Shown in pieces: positions 44,105 to 55,146 of a DNA stretch of 64,000 bases (position 1 is the stretch's first letter; each line of letters begins with the position of its first letter). The stretch comes from Pachysolen tannophilus NRRL Y-2460 (taxonomy: Eukaryota), in NCBI GenBank assembly GCA_001661245.1, contig KV454015.1, positions 1,155,759 through 1,219,758 on the forward strand. Reading direction: 5' to 3'. Below the pieces are notes generated by a model. That model had not been told where the DNA came from. It saw only the letters and a program-made list of their open reading frames with translations, and did no database searches. A program made the translations under genes and the position numbers.

Positions 44105-44860
44105 CTATAGTATCCTTCCTAAACCATTACACAGGTTACAAATTTCTTCATCTAAAAAAAATGGAACTAAACCTTTACCACCACATTTGTAACATAAGCT
44201 ACCACCTATTGCAGGATCACCAGGTTTTACAACCCTAGCATTTGGTGGAGGAGGACCAGGACTCATACCAGGCACAGCAGCTGGAGATCCCATATACCCA
44301 TTATTGGTTCCATTGTAGCTATTCATTCCAGGAAAAGGGGGTACATATGGACCAGGTCCCGAAGTAGGAATAGCTGCAAATGGTATCTGCGATGCCATAG
44401 GAGTTTGTGGTGGAACGTATTGTGAATTTGGTGATGAACCATAACTTGGACCATAATATATATCTGGTCTAAATTTCTTCCAACAATCTTTACAAACTCT
44501 ACCATTTTTCAATTTATAACCTGTATTTTTACATTTTTTGCAAAAATAGCCCTTTGGGTATCGGAAAGGTAAATCTAAATTGGCTGTATATATATCTGAA
44601 GCGTCTGTACTACTATTATGACTCTGTTGACTATGTTTAGGAGGAACTGAATTACCAGACAATTTCTGTGAAGATTGTGAAGCTTCCACCAGTGCTGGTG
44701 GGCGCGCCGGTGGTCGAGTTGATGGCCTAACTGATGACAGTGGTCTAGCACTGGAAGAAGAACCTGTCTCTTCATTTAAAACTTCTTCATATGAAGGCGG
44801 ATCCAGCGGTGGCCGTTGTTGTTTCAAACTTTCCGATTTTTGAAAACTATCTTTCCCCAT
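44105..44860 (-). CDS. HUA1: Proline-rich zinc-finger protein Hua1
   Basis: PPSYEE, YPKGYFCKKCKNTGYK..G..CKDCW, VVKPGDPAIGG.LC..CGG.G...C..C.GLGRI. ATG at 44860. Confidence 0.88.
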   Translation of the reverse strand: MGKDSFQKSESLKQQRPPLDPPSYEEVLNEETGSSSSARPLSSVRPSTRPPARPPALVEASQSSQKLSGNSVPPKHSQQSHNSSTDASDIYTANLDLPFRYPKGYFCKKCKNTGYKLKNGRVCKDCWKKFRPDIYYGPSYGSSPNSQYVPPQTPMASQIPFAAIPTSGPGPYVPPFPGMNSYNGTNNGYMGSPAAVPGMSPGPPPPNARVVKPGDPAIGGSLCYKCGGKGLVPFFLDEEICNLCNGLGRIL

Positions 44861-45205
44861 CTTATAATACACAAAATTTTCACCTCAAAATACAATCAAT
44901 TCATAAGAAATAATAAATGGCGAAAAAAAAAAATCATTAATTATCATCATCATCTTCGGGAACTTCTCTCTTATTTAGAAATAACATATCAAAAACCCAA
45001 GTCGTGCGCGTAAAATCAAAAATGGTTAAATTGGTAATAACGACAACAATCATATCAACAAACAGTAACAACAACAAGAAGAAGAAGAAGAAGAGAGAGA
45101 GAGTGTGTGTTTTAAGAGATCTTTATATATTTATATATATATATAAAAGGTATTGAATTATTCGATTATTAAAGATTAGTATTCTTATTTGTTTGAGCTG
45201 TGATT

Positions 45206-45947
45206 ATGATTTGGCTTTCGGAATCGCAGAGTATGTGTATTTATATGTGAGATTTTATATGTGTTATGGTTACTAACTTTTTCATGTTTTTACAATATAG
45301 AATTTGGTGTTGGTTTTACTGCTGCTGGTAAGTTTTCCATATTGTTTCTTGGGCTTGTTTTACTGATATACTAACCATGTTGGTTAACGGCTTAGGTGTG
45401 TTGTTTTTCATATTTGGTATTTTGACCATCTTTGACTCGGCATTATTAGCCTTGGGTAATGTATGTTACTACTTAATTACTTTTGAAATTTTTTTTTTTT
45501 TCTTCTTGACCACTAAGACTAACTATACCAATTGCCTTACTTTTCTTTTTTTTGCCTTTTTTTAGATCTTGTTTGTTACCGGGATAACGTTAATTATTGG
45601 TCCTAAGAAGACATTGATTTTTTTCACAAGACAACATAAGATAAGAGGAAGTATATGTTTTGCCTTGGGAATATTGTTAATCTTATTGAAAAGATCATTT
45701 TTAGGGTTCATAGTAGAAACTATTGGGATATTGGCCTTATTTGGAGATTTTTTCGCAATAATAGTTCAGTTTTTAAGATCAATTCCTTATGTGGGTCCTT
45801 TATTATCACATCCATATATTGCGCCAGTACGTATATTTTTTTTTCCATATTTCCACCACTATCAAAATTACAAGACTAACATATTTTTTTTTGGCTACAC
45901 AATAGACTATTGATAGAATTGCTGGAGTAAGAGTGCTTCCTGTTTGA
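45206..45947 (+). CDS. GOT1: Golgi transport protein Got1 (139 aa); 5 exons (45206-45230, 45301-45327, 45396-45460, 45566-45826, 45906-45947)
   Basis: Spliced product [42 protein letters not shown]...[19 protein letters not shown]. Four introns with GTATGT/GTAAGT/GTATGT/GTACGT donors, TACTAAC or GACTAAC branch points and TAG acceptors; frame is maintained. Confidence 0.93.
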
Positions 45948-46413
45948 ATAAGAAGGAAAACAAAACTTTGGATATTAATTGTCTCTTAACAAACTATTTC
46001 CTCTCTTTTTTTTTTTTCTTCTTCTTCTTCTTTTGCCACTTTCCTAACTTTATCCCACCATTTACTTTTTTTACTTTCAATTTCAATACTCTTATCAAGA
46101 ATGTATTATTATTGTCGTTGGTTCTGTTGTATCTATATCTACTATCATCGTCAACGTATACACAATATCAAATGGCAGTAGTGTGTAATATATCAAGTTT
46201 CCATTTTTAAAAATTTTTTTTTTTTTTCACTTTTAAGTTTTTAAGCCGCACGCAGATAACTGTGGAAAAAAAATTTTTTTTTTTTTGCTTTCTTTTTCAA
46301 AAAACTTTTCAATAGTACTGGTATTAAACAAATAATATATGTGATATCCAGGATAAGAGAAATAGTACAGTTTTTAGTAGGAGTAATATAATAGATAATA
46401 ATAGAGAGATATC

Positions 46414-47181
46414 ATGCCTCCTAATCGTAATAATAAGTGGCATAACCGTAATGGTGCGGGTGCTGGTAGTGCTGGTGCTGTTGATATATCTCTGTCAGTT
46501 GGAGGTGGAAAATCGAAATTAAAGAAAAAAATTAGAGATATTGAAAGACTTTTGAAGAAAGATAATTTACGTTCGGATGTAAGAGTAAATAATGAAAGAG
46601 CATTAAAGACTTTAAAAGCAGATTTAACCAATACGGAGTTGAATTTGAAAGCACAAAAAATATCAAAGAAGTATCATATGGTGCGGTTTTTTGAACGTAA
46701 AAAGGCAATAAGAAAATTAAAACAAGCTCAAAAGAATTTAGAAATTTTAGAAAATACAGATAAATCAGCTAAAAAAGATATAAAGAAAGCAAGGAAAATT
46801 TTAAGACATTGTGAAATAGATTTAGCATATGTTATAAATTTTCCTAAAACTGAAAAATATATTTCATTGTATCCAAATGATCCAAATATTGATAATAAAG
46901 ATAATTTAGATGCAAATGTTAAAAAAGGTTTACTTGAAACAGAAAGGAAAAGAGAAATTTATAAAAGAGATTTTGAAAAACTTATGGATGAAGGAAGATT
47001 ACCAATTAGAATTGAAGATGTATTACAAGGGAAAAAAATTGACAATTCAAAACTTCTTAAGAGAGATCAGTTTACAGCAATTGATGCTCCTGAATCAGTG
47101 GAGTCTAAAAACGATGAAAAAGAAAGAGAACAAGAAATACAAGATGATAGTGTTGGTGATGGTGATGAATTCTTTGAGTAA
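46414..47181 (+). CDS. EFG1: rRNA-processing protein Efg1 (not the Candida APSES factor)
   Basis: KLKKKIRDIERLL, KYHMVRFFERKKA, DLAYVINFPKTEKYISLY, ends DEFFE. Confidence 0.92.
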   Translation: MPPNRNNKWHNRNGAGAGSAGAVDISLSVGGGKSKLKKKIRDIERLLKKDNLRSDVRVNNERALKTLKADLTNTELNLKAQKISKKYHMVRFFERKKAIRKLKQAQKNLEILENTDKSAKKDIKKARKILRHCEIDLAYVINFPKTEKYISLYPNDPNIDNKDNLDANVKKGLLETERKREIYKRDFEKLMDEGRLPIRIEDVLQGKKIDNSKLLKRDQFTAIDAPESVESKNDEKEREQEIQDDSVGDGDEFFE

Positions 47182-47280
47182 ATGATAAACTCATCAAATG
47201 CATAATATTTATACATACATAATTATATATATAATAAAAAATTTATTAATATTATTATTACAAAATTGTTAGTTAAACCC

Positions 47281-50200
47281 CTATTTACTCTCTAAAACAT
47301 GATCTACTTCGTAAATAATGTCCATACCATCATTAACACACATGATTTTAAGTTTACGTCCATATAACTCTTCTGGAACATCAATTTTACAACTAACAAC
47401 AACGTTATTACTATTATTATTCTGCGAACCTTTACCTAACATTCTAGGAGATGCCCTCTTGATAACGTATAACTCATCAATAGATGGATCACACATAATA
47501 ATAAACCATGTCTCTCTTTGAGCCTTTAAAAATTTTGAACAATATATCTTAAAGTCTGAATTTAACAGTTTATTATCATGCATTATCTCAATATTTAAAT
47601 TTGAAGGATCATTTTTTTGCTTAATAATAACTTTTCCAGAAGGTATATGTGATGCAACTTTTAAGAAATTCTTTCTGTTTTCACCACGAATATTGTTTTC
47701 ATTTGCAAATTGTTCTAGCTCTCTATAATTCAATTTTCCCAATTGATCTAACGAAATTTGAGGTGATGCTTTGTTATGTTCTTTTACAGCTCGAATATCT
47801 TGCTGACCATCAAGAGTATACCCAGGTACCCTTTGCGGGGTAAATCCAGGAAGCGAAGTAATAGGATCATCATCAAACCAAACGCCTTGTTTGATGCATA
47901 TCATGACCTTAACCAATATTAAAACCACAGAAAGATAACCCATTTCTGCAGCACAATCTATATAAGCTTGCAAGATACGTAAACTTTGGTCCAAAACTGA
48001 AACCGTATCCTGAGCATAGTCAGCAATTGGTAAGTCAACTCTACTCATATAAGCTTGAAGCAATAAATATGCCTTCACATGAGGATCCCAATAAAATTCA
48101 CATTGTAAATCCTCTGCAGGATATCTCATTTCTTGAGACATTTCTATATTGATTAACTCTTCACCATGGCGAGTAGCCAATTCATCATATTCAGTAGCTT
48201 GACACAACAACTTTAGACAATCCCTAAAAGTAGCATTTCGGGTGATATTATTGATAAATATACGAACTGTCTTATGAGAAAGATAGTAGTATGAAGAAAT
48301 ATGCAAGAAAGGCGTCGCTTTCAAATTGTCTTCGCCGATTAGAACACAATTGGACTCTTCAAGATTACGCACTGCATCATCTATTAATTTTGTAAGAAAT
48401 TGACTTACACCAAAATTAGATTGATCTTCAATACCATAATATGTAGGATTATTATGGGCCCTTCTGTACAAAAAAGTACAAGTAAGGAAATCCATTGCAT
48501 CTTGTCTTGTCTTGATAGTTCCTGCTGAGATTTCGGCACCAATATGATTGTCTAATACTTTATGCAAAGAACTTTCGACAGGAAAACCCACGTTTAAAAA
48601 ATGTTTGTAAAACATCTTTTTGGACTCTTTAGTGAAAACCATAGCGACACCGTAAGTATCGAATTTCGGACGACCAGATCTACCAAGCATTTGTAATATA
48701 TCTGTAAGATCCATATCCCTGTATGCTTCAATCTTAGCATCAAAATATTGAGTACCTTTAACAATAACTAAATGCGCTGGTAAATTAACACCCCATGCCA
48801 AAGTACTTGTGGCAATTAATATTTGAATCTTGCTGCTTTCAAATAGTTTATGAGAAATCTGTCTATCACTTTCAGTAAGACCAGCATGATGCAACCCAAT
48901 ACCAAATTGTAAAGATAAACGAAGAGTTTCATCTTTCACACTTCTCAAAACAATATCTAATTCATCTTCTTCAATCTTCAAAAATCTTCGAGGATTTTCC
49001 TCCATTCCACACAAATGAATTATGTCCAAAGCAGTCAACCTTGTTTGACGACGTGATGCCACAAATATCAAGACAGGTTTCGTCGGAGAATGTTTTTTTA
49101 TTGCCATAAACGACGGCTTATTCATAGTCTTCATTAAAGGACAAAATGCTAAATTATCAGGAAAGCCATCGATGTACATTTGCAACGGAACAGGCCTAAC
49201 AGATTGCGGAAAGTTAAACAATCCTTCCTTAACTCCAAGCCAGCCAGCCATATCCATTGCGTTTGCCACAGCTGTAGACATTCCTAACAATCTTACTGGC
49301 TTCTTAGTTTGTGAGGAAATATAATTCATACGAGAAACAATCATTTCCAAAATTGGACCTCTATCACTAGCCAATAAATGAATTTCATCCATTATAACTA
49401 AAGACACCTTCTGAACAAATACTCTCGTTTGCCAATTACGAGAAATACCATCGAATTTCTCAGGTGTGGTAATTATTATATCCGCATTTCTGACATCTTT
49501 TGAATCGGGTAACGAGTCACCTGTTAGTTCTACTAGTTTGTAATTTGTGTTTGCAACTATGGTTCTAGTCCAATCATCAACCCTTTCCCTAACCAATGCC
49601 TTCATAGGCGCAATGTATACAACTTTAGATCCAGGAAATTCTCTGAAAGCATGCCAAATAGCTAATTCAGCAACAACCGTTTTTCCGGATCCCGTAGGTG
49701 ACCCTACAAACACACTTGAATTAGTATTATATAATGAGTGGAAAGTCATAGTTTGCATCGGATTAAAATATTTAAATCTTTGGCTATAGATTTTCTCAAT
49801 CTCAGGTGAATGTAGAGCTGTAATTGGCAACGGTTGTAATTTGAGTAACTTTGTTTGCAAATTCTCATTATGCGGCTTGATCAAATGTTGAAAAGAAATC
49901 GAATGAACAGTCTCTGAGCCTATCCATGTATCAGAAATACAGCGCACAATTATCTGAGGAGGTAATGGATCACTTAATGAAATCATGAAATCCATCTCAT
50001 GAACACCTTTCATCGATCTTTTATTTAAAATATATTTTTCAAAATGTAAAATCGTGGATTTGTTAGATTCCTCGACCAATATCCAAAAAAACTGCACAAC
50101 TCCATGATATTTTTCATCCCAGACAAAGTCAGGTTCTAGTTCTACATGAACTCTCATGACATTTAGTGTAATCGGAAAAATCTCAGCATTTAAAAGAACA

Positions 50201-53200
50201 GTTGGAAATCGTCCAATTAACCGGTATAACACCTTTCCCATTCTGACATTATGAACTAATTCACCTAGCTCGCCAGCATCCATTCCCCTCAAAATATCCA
50301 TTGATGGATTTTTGCTTTCAATGTTTCTCATGATCTGCTGGGGCAATTCAAACTGATGTATAGGGTGACTAAGTGACCACATTCTTTTATCAATAGATTT
50401 ACAAATAGTTAACATAATCTTGGTGAATACTCCCCACCTTCTATTTAGGCCCACTAAAAATAAAGCTCGGCAAATTCTTGCAGAATTTTGGGCAACATAC
50501 AGAGCATCAGATGCCAATGCAGAGTCTTTAATATTATCTTGAGACACATATGCTTGTAACAAAATATTGGTTTTTCCTTGAGCAGAATCAGGAGTTCCCC
50601 CTATTTGGCAAACAGCCTTTTCTAGCAACTGCATCAATTCCTGTGACTCTTCTTCTCTAAACTTTATAGAATCGAATTCTGCACTTGTACTAATGATAGA
50701 TAGGACATCTGCCTCAGAAGCAGTAGGTTTAATCAATTGGTTAAATATCTCAACAGAATCATTTAACAAATAAAAATCTGAGGCAATCCTACCTAAATCT
50801 TTCGCAATGAATGACATAGTTCTTTCATCGAACACAATCATTTGTAAATAATGTAGTCTTCGAGCAGCAGAAATAATCATTTCTCTACGCCTTTGTACTA
50901 ACTGAGGATCTTCTGCTAATTCTTTCCAATCAATAGCATAAGCAAAGGGGTTTTGCCTCATTCGGACATTTAAATATGTATAACCTAACCACAGTACACC
51001 TTCGTCCACATTTGTTACAGTACCTAGTGAAATTTCTGCATTTAAATTATCAACAATCTTTTCTGAGAATTTTGATTCAATTGGGTGTTGTTGAGTTAAA
51101 AGGGAAATATAATGATCCAAACGATCACCAGTAGTACACAAAATACCAGTACCAAAAACTTCTTGCGTATCATTGGAAATTCTAGGTTTTTTACTGTAGC
51201 TAGAATCAGCTCCTAATGTAGTGAATTGAGGACGACCTGCTCTACCAAAAATTTGAATAATGTCTGATATTCCTAAATCCACAAATCCACCACGTTTTGA
51301 ATCATAAACTTGAGTACCTTTTATGATCACCACTGCAGCAGGTAAATTAACACCCCAAGCTAAAGTAGCAGTACAACATAGAACCTTTATCGCACCTGAT
51401 AAAAACATTTTTTCTGTTAAACGTCTATCAGATCTCGGCATACCAGCATGATGGACACCAAATCCAGATATAAACAATTCTCTCATATCTTTATTTTTGT
51501 TTTTACTCATTTCTCTGCTAAATTGTTCATATGAAGGGGACTCAGTACAATCAAACAAATCAGAATCATTAAAATTTCTTGAAAATTTGATGAAAGTTTT
51601 TGATGTATTTATAGTATCTTTTCTTGAATGAACAAAAACCATAACTTGGTGACCCTCTTCTAATTTAGAGATCAATTTTTCATATGAAACTCTGTCTATT
51701 TTCTCCCTAGCCTCTTTAGAACCACTCTTACCTTTGATACCAAGTATTTCTTGTCTTAATGGAACTGGTCTGAATGAACTATCAAAATAAAACATACCAA
51801 CTTGCCTATTAACACCTAAAAAGTCTGCAACGTCCATAAAATTGGGTAAAGTTGCAGATAAACCTAGTATTCTTATCATCGATTGAGTACTTTCTACTTG
51901 TCTCAATGTTCTAGCAACCAATGTTTCTATCACGGATCCACGATCTTCATGTAAAAGATGTACTTCATCAATTATGAGTAATTTCAATTTTTCAACTAAT
52001 TCTGTATCACCATTAGATTTTCTTGTTACAACATCCCATTTTTCAGGAGTTGTCACTATAACCTGTGTTCTTACTATTTCAGCTTTTGTTAATTGCATAT
52101 CACCTGTTAATTCTCTAACTTGGATTCCCAACCATTGTAACTTTTTGCTGAATTTTTCCACAATTTCTGCAGCTAATGCTTTTAACGGAGCTACATAAAC
52201 AATTTTGAATTCACTATAATTAATATCCACTTGAATACCGTCTTCAGATTCTGTCTGAGAGACAAATTGATTTATTGTATGTAGTATAGTTAATAATGCA
52301 ACATCTGTTTTACCAGCACCTGTTGGAGCACATACTAGCATATTTTCATTTGTATTATAGGCAACTGGATAAAGTAACAGTTGAATTCTATTTAAAGATT
52401 TATAATCTTTAAAAGTACCTTGACATAAGAAATCCAAATCTTTTATATACACGATTTTTTCTTTTTTCAATTTAGATTGAGATTTTTTAGTATAAGGTAT
52501 TATAAATTCTTCATGAGTATCAAAGCTATACCTTTGAGAATCTTTTGGTAAAGAATATTTTTTCCCTGTAACGGAGATCATATTACCTCCAGCATCATCT
52601 GATTTAAAAACGTGAGGGTATATTGTCTTTGATTTATAAGAATCCAACGTTTGTGTTTTTGCTAGCCTTGCGTTTTCTCTAACTTGAATATTTCTTTCAG
52701 CTTCAGTCATAAACTTAAATTTCCCATCATCTTGAGATAAAGGAGATTTAATTTTTTTGTTAAATTCATCAATTAAAACATCTTTATTTGAAATAATTTT
52801 TGCAATTAAATCAAACTCATCAAAACCTAACAAGTTGATTAAAACTTCTTCAAGATCACTAGATTCAAGTAAGCATTGCATTATATTTTGGAAAAGTTGA
52901 TTATCTTCATTAGCGCTATTGTTGTTATTGGCACCATTGGAACCATTGGAACCATTACTGCCATTATTATTTTCAATTCTATTACATTCTCTTCGTACGT
53001 CATTCAACAAACTTTCTTCTTCATCCGAGGAAAACCCAGCCTGCTCTTGTTCCTCCAACATCTGCTGAAACTCATCTTCAACACCACTAAAACCGCTCAA
53101 TAACAGATCCACATTTGGTGTTATTGTTGAATTAATTTTTAAATCTCCAATATTATCATTAATATCATTTGGTAACGGCAATTTAACAATTTCTTTACTC

Positions 53201-53301
53201 TGAACTTGATCATCATCAATAAAATTCACATGGTTCAATGAGTCCATCATGGAGGCCATTGCCTCCATATACGCTTTGGTCGACACAAAATACGACCCCA
53301 T
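47281..53301 (-). CDS. SLH1: Ski2-like tandem helicase Slh1/Rqt2 (ASCC3 ortholog)
   Basis: Two helicase cassettes (APTGAGKT/DEVH/RAGRPQF and SPTGSGKT/DEIH/RSGRPKF) with Sec63 domains. ATG at 53301; convergent with EFG1. Confidence 0.95.
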   Translation of the reverse strand: MGSYFVSTKAYMEAMASMMDSLNHVNFIDDDQVQSKEIVKLPLPNDINDNIGDLKINSTITPNVDLLLSGFSGVEDEFQQMLEEQEQAGFSSDEEESLLNDVRRECNRIENNNGSNGSNGSNGANNNNSANEDNQLFQNIMQCLLESSDLEEVLINLLGFDEFDLIAKIISNKDVLIDEFNKKIKSPLSQDDGKFKFMTEAERNIQVRENARLAKTQTLDSYKSKTIYPHVFKSDDAGGNMISVTGKKYSLPKDSQRYSFDTHEEFIIPYTKKSQSKLKKEKIVYIKDLDFLCQGTFKDYKSLNRIQLLLYPVAYNTNENMLVCAPTGAGKTDVALLTILHTINQFVSQTESEDGIQVDINYSEFKIVYVAPLKALAAEIVEKFSKKLQWLGIQVRELTGDMQLTKAEIVRTQVIVTTPEKWDVVTRKSNGDTELVEKLKLLIIDEVHLLHEDRGSVIETLVARTLRQVESTQSMIRILGLSATLPNFMDVADFLGVNRQVGMFYFDSSFRPVPLRQEILGIKGKSGSKEAREKIDRVSYEKLISKLEEGHQVMVFVHSRKDTINTSKTFIKFSRNFNDSDLFDCTESPSYEQFSREMSKNKNKDMRELFISGFGVHHAGMPRSDRRLTEKMFLSGAIKVLCCTATLAWGVNLPAAVVIIKGTQVYDSKRGGFVDLGISDIIQIFGRAGRPQFTTLGADSSYSKKPRISNDTQEVFGTGILCTTGDRLDHYISLLTQQHPIESKFSEKIVDNLNAEISLGTVTNVDEGVLWLGYTYLNVRMRQNPFAYAIDWKELAEDPQLVQRRREMIISAARRLHYLQMIVFDERTMSFIAKDLGRIASDFYLLNDSVEIFNQLIKPTASEADVLSIISTSAEFDSIKFREEESQELMQLLEKAVCQIGGTPDSAQGKTNILLQAYVSQDNIKDSALASDALYVAQNSARICRALFLVGLNRRWGVFTKIMLTICKSIDKRMWSLSHPIHQFELPQQIMRNIESKNPSMDILRGMDAGELGELVHNVRMGKVLYRLIGRFPTVLLNAEIFPITLNVMRVHVELEPDFVWDEKYHGVVQFFWILVEESNKSTILHFEKYILNKRSMKGVHEMDFMISLSDPLPPQIIVRCISDTWIGSETVHSISFQHLIKPHNENLQTKLLKLQPLPITALHSPEIEKIYSQRFKYFNPMQTMTFHSLYNTNSSVFVGSPTGSGKTVVAELAIWHAFREFPGSKVVYIAPMKALVRERVDDWTRTIVANTNYKLVELTGDSLPDSKDVRNADIIITTPEKFDGISRNWQTRVFVQKVSLVIMDEIHLLASDRGPILEMIVSRMNYISSQTKKPVRLLGMSTAVANAMDMAGWLGVKEGLFNFPQSVRPVPLQMYIDGFPDNLAFCPLMKTMNKPSFMAIKKHSPTKPVLIFVASRRQTRLTALDIIHLCGMEENPRRFLKIEEDELDIVLRSVKDETLRLSLQFGIGLHHAGLTESDRQISHKLFESSKIQILIATSTLAWGVNLPAHLVIVKGTQYFDAKIEAYRDMDLTDILQMLGRSGRPKFDTYGVAMVFTKESKKMFYKHFLNVGFPVESSLHKVLDNHIGAEISAGTIKTRQDAMDFLTCTFLYRRAHNNPTYYGIEDQSNFGVSQFLTKLIDDAVRNLEESNCVLIGEDNLKATPFLHISSYYYLSHKTVRIFINNITRNATFRDCLKLLCQATEYDELATRHGEELINIEMSQEMRYPAEDLQCEFYWDPHVKAYLLLQAYMSRVDLPIADYAQDTVSVLDQSLRILQAYIDCAAEMGYLSVVLILVKVMICIKQGVWFDDDPITSLPGFTPQRVPGYTLDGQQDIRAVKEHNKASPQISLDQLGKLNYRELEQFANENNIRGENRKNFLKVASHIPSGKVIIKQKNDPSNLNIEIMHDNKLLNSDFKIYCSKFLKAQRETWFIIMCDPSIDELYVIKRASPRMLGKGSQNNNSNNVVVSCKIDVPEELYGRKLKIMCVNDGMDIIYEVDHVLESK

Positions 53302-55105
53302 AAAGTTAATCACAATCACAACTTGTATATAACAAACGAAAAACTCTACTTAATACACTGTTGCCTTCCCATCATCTTCTTCTTCTTGTTCTTCCTTTGT
53401 TTTTTTTTGTTTTTTTTGTTTTTTGATTTTGACTAATCAAACTTTCATCTTTTTCTTTATACTAAAAAGTAGAAAAAAAAAAAAAATAACCAGAAACTTA
53501 AGTAGTGCAAATGAAACACAAAAAATCAAAAGAAGAGCCTTGGTATTCAGTTACAGTTCTATTGTACATTTTGAATCAAGAGTGAACAAGCGTGTTTCAA
53601 AATTCTAAAAGTAAAAAGTAGAAATACTGCGCAGAGCACAGTTTTGCAGTTTCGCAGTGCGAGTGAGCTTCTTTTTTTTTCTTCCCTTATTCCGGTAGTA
53701 ACTAAAGAGAGAAAAATATGAAATATGGAAAATACAAGTTACATGCAGTAGAAAATATGTGCCCAATAAGTGTCAGCCAGCCTCCAAGTAATTAAACAGC
53801 ATCTTGTCGAAAACTGGGTTTATGGAATCTAGAGAATGTACAACAACAACAATTATGGAAAACAAATTTTTAAAAAAAAAAGAAAAAACAAAAAACTAGC
53901 AAAAAAAATCTTTTATGTCATCATCATCTCTGATCTCTTTTGTTCTTGTTCTTCTTCGATGTTCAAATCAAATCAAATCAATTCCTCCGGTAGACGCAGT
54001 ATCTAAAAAAAAAAAAAATTTCGCCCTTTTTAATAACAATAACAATCAATAACAGTGAAAAAAAAAAATTTTTTGTGAAAAAAAAAATTTTCCGAAAGAA
54101 AAATGCACGTTGGGGCAAGTTTCTTATTTCTTAGTTCTTATTTTGGCTTGGATCACGAAAAAAAAAGAAACGAAAACAAAATTAGACGCCGTTGTTGTTA
54201 TGGCCGTGAGTTTAGATAGATAGAAAGATACAAGAAAAAAAAAAAATAAATAAACTTTGCATGTCAAGCACAACAAACTTTTTGAGTTTTGATTTGTTTA
54301 GTAATGCGAAGAAACCCCATTTGAATCTGGAATCTTCAAACATTACCAAACCACTCAGTTGGTGGATCAGTGGAGTAAAGAGTAATGTGTAATGAGTAAA
54401 GTGGCACACGGTACTTGATACATCAACCTGGTATTACGTCTATAACGCACATAACTCATGTTTGCTTTCATGCCTTTCTATCTTTCTTTCTCTCTCTCTA
54501 GAAATTACAAAAAAAAAAAAAAAAAAAAAAAAAATCCAGTTAAACAAGTTTTTGAGTTTGGTTCAAAACAAAAAGTTAAGATACAATTAGTTAAATGATA
54601 TTAATACTGATTTCTGTTTTTTTAATAGGAGGTGGTTTAAATTTTAATTCAATAATACTGTATTTTTTCTTTCTTTCTTTCTTTCTTTCTCTATGTGTGG
54701 GGTAGGGCATGCCCCTTTATGGTCACTACCGCACACCAGTCCCCGCAAATCTAGAAATTTTCCGATTCGATCACGAAAAGGAAATTTTTTTTCCTTTATA
54801 AAAGTGCATAAAAATTGAAAATATCATGCACGGTGCACCCCAGTTTTCGTTTTAAAACAATGCAGCATACTTATTTTCCACATATCTTTGATTTTAGGCC
54901 GTGAAAATGTTCACCCATTTCATTTTTCCTGTTTTTTTTTTTTTCTTCTTCTTTCTAGCGTCGTTTCGAAAGCATATAAAAACGGATGAATTTCCTGGGG
55001 TAGAATATGAAATGGAAAAGAGAAAACATTAAAAATTAAAATTTCAAGAATCATTCTTTTGTTAGAAAATAGTTAGTTTACTTAAACTTTTAACTTTTAA
55101 CATAT

Positions 55106-55136
<31 letters not shown>

Positions 55137-55146
55137 AATATAAAAA

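Noticed and set aside
45377..45913. Two separate small membrane-protein ORFs (45377-45565, 45569-45913)
   Set aside because: They are exons 3 and 4 of GOT1 read into introns.
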